NCBI RefSeq assembly: GCF_006345805.1
Contig: NC_042997.1
Coordinates: 116,374,001-116,438,000 of the forward strand
Source: Octopus sinensis
Taxonomy: Eukaryota
Direction of reading: 5' to 3'
Length of the DNA: 64,000 nucleotides
This document shows, piece after piece, positions 52,201-61,200 of the stretch (positions within the stretch are counted from its first letter, which is position 1; every line of letters starts with the position of its first letter). A program made the translations under genes and the position numbers. The notes under the pieces are model-generated. The model was not told the DNA's origin, searched no databases, and saw only the letters and a list, made by a program, of their open reading frames with translations.

Positions 52201-55200
52201 GACGCCACCTAAAAGTGCCTGTACAGCACCATGTAAAAGCACCCATGCAGTGCCGCATCAAAGAGCATGTGTGATGCAATGTAAAAGCATCCATGTGGTG
52301 TCATGTAAAAGCACCCAGCAAACTCTGTAAAGTGTTTGGCATTAGGAAGGGCATCCAACTGTAGAAACCATACTAAATCAGACAAGGGTCTGGTGCAGCT
52401 CCCCAGTTGGCCAGCTCTGGTCAAACCATCCAACCCATGCCAGCATGGACAACTGACATTAATGTACCAGTTTCGCATAACCAACCCTAGCCCAGTGAAA
52501 AGTACCTTGGATTGTAGGGCAACATGCTGTGCTTGAGGAGACCTATTGAGTCAAGTACATCAACATTGAAATGAAAATCAAATGGAAATTGTAGTTGTGA
52601 TACTTGTGTCGGTGGCACATAAAAAGCACAATCCGAACGTGACCGATGCCAGCACCACCTTGACTAGCTATCGTCAAGCACCAACTAATCGTGGCCATTG
52701 CCAGCCTCATGTGGACCCTATGCTGGTGGCACGTAAAAAGCACACACTACACTCTCAGAGTGGTTGGTGTTAGGAAGGGCATCCAGCTGTAGAAACACTG
52801 CCAGATCAGAATGGAGCCCAGTGCAGCCTCCTAGCTTCCCAGACCCCAGTTGAACCATCCAACCCATGCTAGCATGGAAAACAGACATTAAACGATGATG
52901 ATGAAGAATAATTATACAATAGTTATACAATAATTGTGTCATATTCTTAATTATGTAATTGTAACAGCAAGATTACCTTTGGATCTGCATTTATAGCATT
53001 TGAAAACTGAATGACCATACCATCTGTGGAAAGAACCAGGCGACAGATTAAGCTGATAGGAACATCTAAGGATTCTTTTCTTATGTAATGGACTGTTGCA
53101 TACAAGAGTTTTGGTAATAATTCTAGAGTATGAAAACAGCTGTGGAAAGAAAGAAAGAAAAAAAGAAACATTAAAAGAAAGAAAAATAGGTTTTGGCAAA
53201 TAATTTTTTACAGTGGCATAACGTTGGGTAGAATAAAAGACTGAATGGGTTCTGTTACATACCTGCTACTTATTTAATTAAGGCTATAATGACAAGCAAA
53301 GTCAAGTTTCACAGGACTTGAATGCAAAATGTACAAGGAAGACATTAAATAGAATAAGATGCATGTGTGTATTCATTCATTTTCATTGATGTTCCTATAC
53401 TGGTACAGGTTAGGTGGATACATATTTGAGGGAGTATTTTATAGCTGGATGCCCTTCCTGTTATCAACTCTTACCCGGTGTTAAAGTAAAGAATACAACC
53501 ACACATACACTCTGCAATTAATGACCTGTGTATTGAACCTAGGGAGGGATATATTCCATGGAACATTCAGAGAGAGATCTTCATGAGCCAATGAGATTTT
53601 AGACCTGTGATTCTCAACTGGGGTCCACATAACCCTTAGCAGTGTATATAAGATTTTGCTGTTAAAATTTATGTGTAATAAATTAGCTCTATTTCTATAA
53701 TATACAAAATACCCTCCAAAACTACCCTTTAAAAAAAAATTTTTTTGACACAAACCCCGCTTTTCGGCTATGGAGAATATGAATCGGCAAAAAAATTGGC
53801 AAAAATCAACATTTAAAAAAAAAATATGGAGATTATGATTCTGAAAAAAATTTCCAAATATCTTTGTAAAATTTTTTTTCTAAATATGCAGAAAAATACA
53901 GACATCATGAGTCAGACAAAACTTCCAAAACATTTCTGTACTTACGGTTATGGGGTTAGGGTTCTAGGGTGAGTGTTGGGGAAAAAAGTCAAAATTTAAG
54001 AAGTTGGTGGTGGTGGTGGTGGTGGTGGTGGGGGATTTCACAATGCTGATTTTTGGCAATTTTCCGGAACCTCCATATTCAAAAACGGGGATTTTTGGCA
54101 AAGAAAAGTACAAAAATAAACAAATTTGGGAGAAAATGGGGACGGGGACAGGTAGAAGTCTTTCCAATATTTTAACAATGTTTTATGCAATCCCTAAAAA
54201 TATTCAATTATAAAAAAAAAAAGGATTTTTTTAAAGAATTGCATGTTTATTAGGGTCAAGTAGTGTAGAATAAAAATCGAAATGATCCATGGGTAAAAAA
54301 ATGCTAGAGAAGCACCGTTTTAGACTCACTACCAATGTGCTATGAAAGACTCTCTAATCAAGTATCTGTCTTTATCAACAAAGTTCCAAGAACTTGATTT
54401 ATATCAGTTCCAGACAATCTAAAGATATTTCTTGACCAAAAGTAAATAATGTTTTCATTGATTTTTTTGTTTTAAAAATTTTCCAATTAATGTTCTTATT
54501 CAATTAAGAAATATTTCTACCGATAATTTGTTTACCAATAAGTTTAATGAACAACTGTATCGACTGATAATGTAGAAACGCTATAAAAATTAGAACCAAA
54601 TTGACAATGAAAATACCTGTAAATGTGTAGCTAAAAGAACAGCTTTGGTTTTATTACTCAGTATCATCATCATCTTCAGTTTTACGTCTATTTTTCCATG
54701 AGTTTGAGTGGTCCTCATCAACATAACATCTTATCATTTGTTATGGTCCTCTGCCATCTCTGTAGTAAGGTTCAGCTTCCTCAGATCAACCATCACAAGA
54801 AGAGGAAGATCTTCCTTGGTCTTCCTCTTCTATGAGACAGTATTTTATGAATTTTCATCATCATCATCATTTAATGCCTGTTTTCTATGCTGGCATGGGT
54901 TGGACAGTTTCACTGAAAACTAGTAAGCTGGGCGGAGCTTTTAGTAACATTAAAATATGAACCAGACAATTTCTCAATTTACACCTTCTTCGGCATCTCC
55001 TCCCAGGGGCTGCAATCCAAATGCATTTCTCCATGCTACATCAAGAATCTCCATCTCTCACTAGCTTCAGTTTCATTTGTGTAGACACTATCAATAACAT
55101 CAATATAGTTGGGTGGCCTTTACCCTGAAGATGCATAGGTCAGTGGATAGAGTAGCGTTTCTCGACTAGAGTTCTCCAGAACCCTAGGGATTCCGTGAGA

Positions 55201-58200
55201 AAGAGAGAGATAAGCTAATACTAATTTCATAATCGTAATATTACTATACATGCACAACATATTATTGGTTATTGTAAGATAAACATCATCCTATCTAACC
55301 TATTATGTTATCAGAAAAAGATATAACAACCACACACACACACACAGACATTATCATCGTTTAACGTCTGTTTTCCATGCTAGCATGGGTTGGACGGTTC
55401 GACTGGGGTCTGGGAAGCCAGGAGGCTGCACCAGGCAACATCTGATCTGGCAGTGTTTCTACAGCTGGATGCCCTTCCTAATGCCAACCACTCTGTAAGT
55501 GTAGTGGGTGCTTTTTACTTGCCACCAGCACAGGTGCCAGGCGAGGCTAGCAACAGCCAAGATCAGTTGTGCTTTTTATGTGCCACCAGCATGGAGTCCA
55601 GTCAAGGCGGCACTGGCAATGGCCACATTCGGATAGATCTTTTTACATGCCACCGGCACTTGTATCACAACTACAATTTCCATTGGTTTTTTGATCGATT
55701 TCAATTTCACTTGCCTCAACAGGTCTTCGCAAGCAGAGTTTGGTGTCCCAAGGCAGAAAGGTATGCATAAGTGGACTGTCTACATCCCAGGTAAAGGTCA
55801 TGGGTTATGGTCTCACTTGTCCTGCCGGGTCTTCTCACGCACAGCATATTTCTAAAGGTCTCGGTCACTAGTCATTGCCTCAGTGAGACCTAATGTTCGA
55901 AGGTCATGCTTCACCACCTCATCCCAGGTCTTCCTGGGTCTACCTCTTCCACAGGTTCCCTCAACCACTAGGGTGTGGCACTTTTTCACACACCTATCTT
56001 CATCCATTCTTGCCACATGACCATACTAGCGCAAACGTCTCTCGCACCCCACAACTGATGCTTCTTAGGTCCAACGTTTCTCTGAAGGTACTTACACTCT
56101 GTCGAGTATGAACACTGACATTACACATCCATCGGAGCATACTGGCTTCATTTCTTGCAAGCTTATGCATATCCTCTGCAATCACGGCCCATGTTTCACT
56201 GCCATGTAGCATGGCTGTTTGTACACATGCATCATACAGTCTGCCTTTTACTCTGAGCAAGAGGCCTTTTGTCACCAGCATAGGTAAGAGCTCTCTGAAC
56301 TTTTCCCAGGCTATTCTTACTCTAGCAGTTACACTTTCAGCACACCCGCCCCTGCAACTGACTTAGTCACCTAGGTAACGGAAGCTATCAACTACTTCTA
56401 GTTTTTCTCCCTGGAATATGGCGGAAGTTGTTCTCTGCACATTTTCAGTGTTGATTGCTCCTGAGCATCTGCCACATACAAAAACTATCTTCCTAGTTAG
56501 CCTTCCTTTGACATTGCTGCACCTCTTATGTGTCCATAGCTTACACTGGGTACATCTTATATATATGCTAAAAGGGTAAAATTAATTAATTAATTAATAA
56601 TCAATAATTTTACCAAGTGGTTCAGTACATTAAAATAACCTTTTTTAGGTAAAATTATACAAATCATATATATAAAACTCTAGTTGTGTGAGTGTCTGTC
56701 CCCTTCGATTTAGATCCCTAACTCCTCCCACAATTTGCGGTGCAGTTTAACCAAATTCGGGTATCTTATAGTCGTGATTCATATCGAGCCCGTCTGACTA
56801 TTAGCGCGCGTCAACGATGAGTCTACGATTTTAAAAATAATTTAACATCATTTTTTTATTCCATTTTAATGCATAAAATGCATCGTGTGTCGATGGCGGC
56901 GGAGTTGGCGTCCACGCTCACAGCTGCACCTGTTTGCTTCTCCCCCTTCCCTCCCTCGTGAAGCTGTGGGGAAGGGAGTGTAAAGAAATCAACGTCGTAA
57001 TGCGTTGTGAAGGAAACCAGCATTCTTTTAGAACAACGACTTCATGGCTTGAAGACACCAAAACAAAAATGGCTAAGAAAGCCCGAATTTATAAGGGAAG
57101 TAACTCTCTAAAAATGCTTATATAGTTATTTCCCTTACAAACCCGAGCAACGCCGGGCGATACTGCTAGTATTCTATAATTATAAACATAATTATAATCA
57201 GGGTTCAGCTAATTGTTTCATCATGCACCGAATTTAGAAATAGGAGTTAAAATTCCTTTTCTGCTACCGTAAAAATCTCCCGACATAGGCAAAAAGAAAA
57301 AATAACAAATTCACAAGACTCAGATTAGCTACATACGCGTTTCAGGATTAAAGTAAAGTAATATTTACTTACTTATTTCACCTCTTCAGTGCAGCATTTT
57401 GAGATATAAATTTGAGAATGTTTGAATTAAATATGTACATGATCAAGCGTTTTAACTCCTATTTCTAAATTCGGTGCATGGTAAAGTAATTAGCTGACCT
57501 CTGATTATAATTATGTTTATAATTATAGAATAGTTATATATATATATATATATCTTTACCACATGAACTACAATGAAAATTATATGAGAAATAGTATATA
57601 ATTTTTTTGTGCAGGGGTTCCTTGAGACATGTAATTTATTTTAAGGGTTACACAAGGGTAAAAAGGTTGAGAAACACTGGGTTAGAGTGTCAGGCTCACA
57701 TTCATGAGGTTGTGAGTTCGATTCCCGGACCGGGCTGTATGTTGTGTTCTTCAGCAAGACATTTTATTTCATGCTGCTCCAGTTCATTCAGCTGTAGAAA
57801 TGAGTTGCGATGTAACTGGTGCCAAGCTGTTTCGGCTTGGCACCAGTTGGATAACATCAGTTGTGTTGAGAGAGGAGGCTGGCATGCATGGGCAACTGCT
57901 GGTCTTCCGTAAGCAGCTTTGCCTGGACTTGTGCCATAGAGGGGAACTTTCTAGGTGCAATCCCATGGTCATTCATACCGTGGGAGGTCTTAAGCCTTTA
58001 CCTTCTAATAGGGTGTGCAAATGTCCAAAATATGACATCTGCTATGGCCTGATGTCAGGAGCCAGCATAGATTATACTGCATTGTTAAATAATAACAGTG
58101 ATGAGTGGAATGTGTCCATAAATGTCCTTTCCAGTCTTTTGCTCATGTTATGAGATGTTTTTGAACCCACATGAAAAGCCTAGTATATATACCATGGAGG

Positions 58201-61200
58201 AGGTCTTGAAGCTTCTTACTCATAATCCAGCTTTTAGCTCCATATGAAGGATGGCGGCCCTGATAATGATCAGCCTTGTTCACTTTGAAACATTTGATTG
58301 CCAGATATGATGAAGCTTGTTAACCAACATTACAAGATTTTCCCCCAGGTGTCATCAAGTTTTTCTTGTTGTCAGCAACTTAAGACCCAAGGTATTTGAA
58401 GCCACTGACCTCCTCAAGCTGTGTACCATCATTTGAACAAACAGCAAGTGGGTTTTTTCCTTATTAGTGGTCACATACTCATTCTTCTTTGCATTGACAT
58501 AGCCGATGACAGTACTGCCTGATTGGCACACTCGTGCCAGTGGAACATTAAAAGCACCATCTGAGCATGATCGTTGCCAGGGCCGCTGATTGGTACCTGT
58601 GCCAGTGGTACGTAAAAAAAAGCGTCATTTGAGCATGATCATTGCCAGTATCACCTTACTGGCACCCGTGCTGGTGGCATATGAAAAACAACATTCAAGC
58701 ATGGTCGTTGCTAGTGCCGCCAGACTGGTCCTCGTGCCAGTGGCATATAAAAGCACCCACTACACTCTCAGAGTGGTTGGTGTTAGGAAGGGCATCCAGC
58801 TGTAGTGACTTTGCCAGATCAGATTGGAGCCTGGTGCAGCCTTCTAGCTCGCCAGCCCTCAGTCAAACCATCCAACTCATGCCAGCATGGAAAGCGGATA
58901 TTAAATGATGACGATGATGATGATGATAATCTTGGTTGCAGCATCAAGCAGGTGGTAGGCTGTGAGGTCAAGATCACCTTCATAGTCCAGGTCAGAGAGA
59001 TACAGGCTCTTCTGACATCTTGATCACTTCTATTTGATGGCGGTGGCCTGTACTCTTGGATGGAGTTAATAGTCATAACTGTTTCCTCCTCGTATATATG
59101 ATTTGCTTTCCTCTTTCAACATTTACACTACTTTCTAGTTTTTATGAATGCATTTGGCACAACTCAGAGATGTATACAAATTTAAAATATCTTTGATAAT
59201 ACTATTAATCACTTGACATTTCAGCTAATTTAGTTTATTGCCAAAACCTTAGAGCTATCAGCATAACATCAACCCCACCACCTTTTGCCAAAACCATAGA
59301 GCTAGCAGAATACATTAGCCCTCCACCTTGCATGTTCTCTGCTCCTAAACAACTTAACCTCACCTTTCTGCCAATAGTTGTCATGTTGCCACTTTCATAA
59401 ATATTCTGTACCTTTTTTTTTTCATTTCTTTTTGCTTATTTATTTTCCTTATTTTCTCCCTTTCTTCCCTTCTATCTTGACAATCATCTGACCAAAACAT
59501 CAAGACTACTTTTCTTTTCTTCATAACATAATATATTGAGTTTGTATTCTTGTACAACATTTTCTCTCGTTCTCTTTCTTCTTATTATTATTTTGCCAGT
59601 TTTAGCTCGTAATTTACCATGGATTCATATTTTTTGGTTATTTTATGTACTGATATGTTGAAAATGCCTTGTAATATTTACTCTGATGAAAGCTTTCCTG
59701 TGCAGTAAACAATGGGTAGTAGCTGTTTGACTGCACTAAATATTTTATTCAACACATTCTTTTTATGGATATATATCTTCCATATTTTGGGCAATAAATC
59801 AGATTTATCTCAGAAACATCCCCTGAGAGTAACTTATGTTTAACTGATATATATTACATTTTTTTGTTCAGTTTGTTTTATTTCAGAGTGCTTCTTCTCA
59901 GAATAAGCTGCCTTAATCATGTCTAAGAAGCTACACACTCTCCCTTGTGGATAATAGAAATGCATAAAACAATATTGTAAGCATTAGTAAGATACAGAAG
60001 TTTAGGATTGAAAAAAAGATAGAAAAAGATGGAGACAGTGATTCTAATATTATTCAAATCAGTTCACATATACGACTTATTCAAAGCAATTTGTTTCAAA
60101 GTGTTCTCTTCTGTTATTACATAGAAATCATGAACAGTTGATTTTTCCTTTTTTATGGCCTCTGATATGGAGGAATCTAAAACTTCTGATTGTTTTTCAC
60201 AATCTTTGTTATATAAAGATCAAGTGCTACTGATAGTTCTCTATAATCTCTGCTATACAGAGACAAAGAATCGCTGATTCTCTTCCATAAATTCTTTTAT
60301 TTATAAGGCTTCTGACTGTACTCTACAATTTTCGTCAAGAACTAAACATTGTCCTCTAAAATCTCTGCTATACAGAGATCAAGAACTATTGAATGTATTC
60401 TGTAATTTACTCTGTTAATCTGAAATCAAGAACCGTTGATTGTCCTCTATAATTTCTGTAGAGTTCAGTGGAGAAGATCCTGCTACTAAGCCATCTCTGA
60501 CTTTGAGGCAACCAGGATAAAGATCATCATCATCATCATTTAACGTCCATTTTCCATGCTGGCATGGGTTGGACAGTTCAGTTGGGGTCTGGGAAGCCAG
60601 GAGGCTGCACCAGGCTCCAATCTGATCTGGCAGTGTTTCTACAGCTGGATGCCCTTCCTAATGCCAACCACTCCGAGAGTGTAGTGGGTACTTTTTACGT
60701 GCCACTGGCACAGGGACCAGAGGAGCTGGCATCAACCACAATTGGATGGTGCTCTTTACATGCCACCAGCATGGAAGCTGATTTGATTTTGATATACTTG
60801 ATTCAATAGGTCTCCTCAGGCACAGCATGTCACTCTTCAATCCAAGGTACTTTTAAGTGGGCTGGTTATACGACACTGGTCTAGGCTACAGCTGTGAACT
60901 CACAACTGAAAACTCACAGCTGAAAGAAACAGGAATCCAGCAGAGAGCCAGGTTCAATCTATCCCTAAGTTCTCAGATGAGATAACAAGTTAAGATAATG
61001 TACTAAACTATGTCCAGCCAAATCCCTCATCCATCTGAGTGACACAAGAGTCCAGTTTTATAATGTCCATTATATAGAGATCAAAAACAGTTGATTGTCT
61101 GCTATAATCTGTTAAGAGATCAAGAACTGACGATTATCCCCTCTAATCTTCCCTATTATATAGAAATTAAGAACTCCTTACTGTCTGCTACAGTCTTCTC

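Noticed and set aside
53948-53975. Interstitial telomeric repeat
   Set aside because: Only one exact TTAGGG amid degenerate G-rich sequence inside a TE
59676-59730. Further hammerhead (CTGATGA-AAGCT...AGCT) in a Penelope-like 3' remnant
   Set aside because: GAAA and stems I and III are missing; too decayed to call
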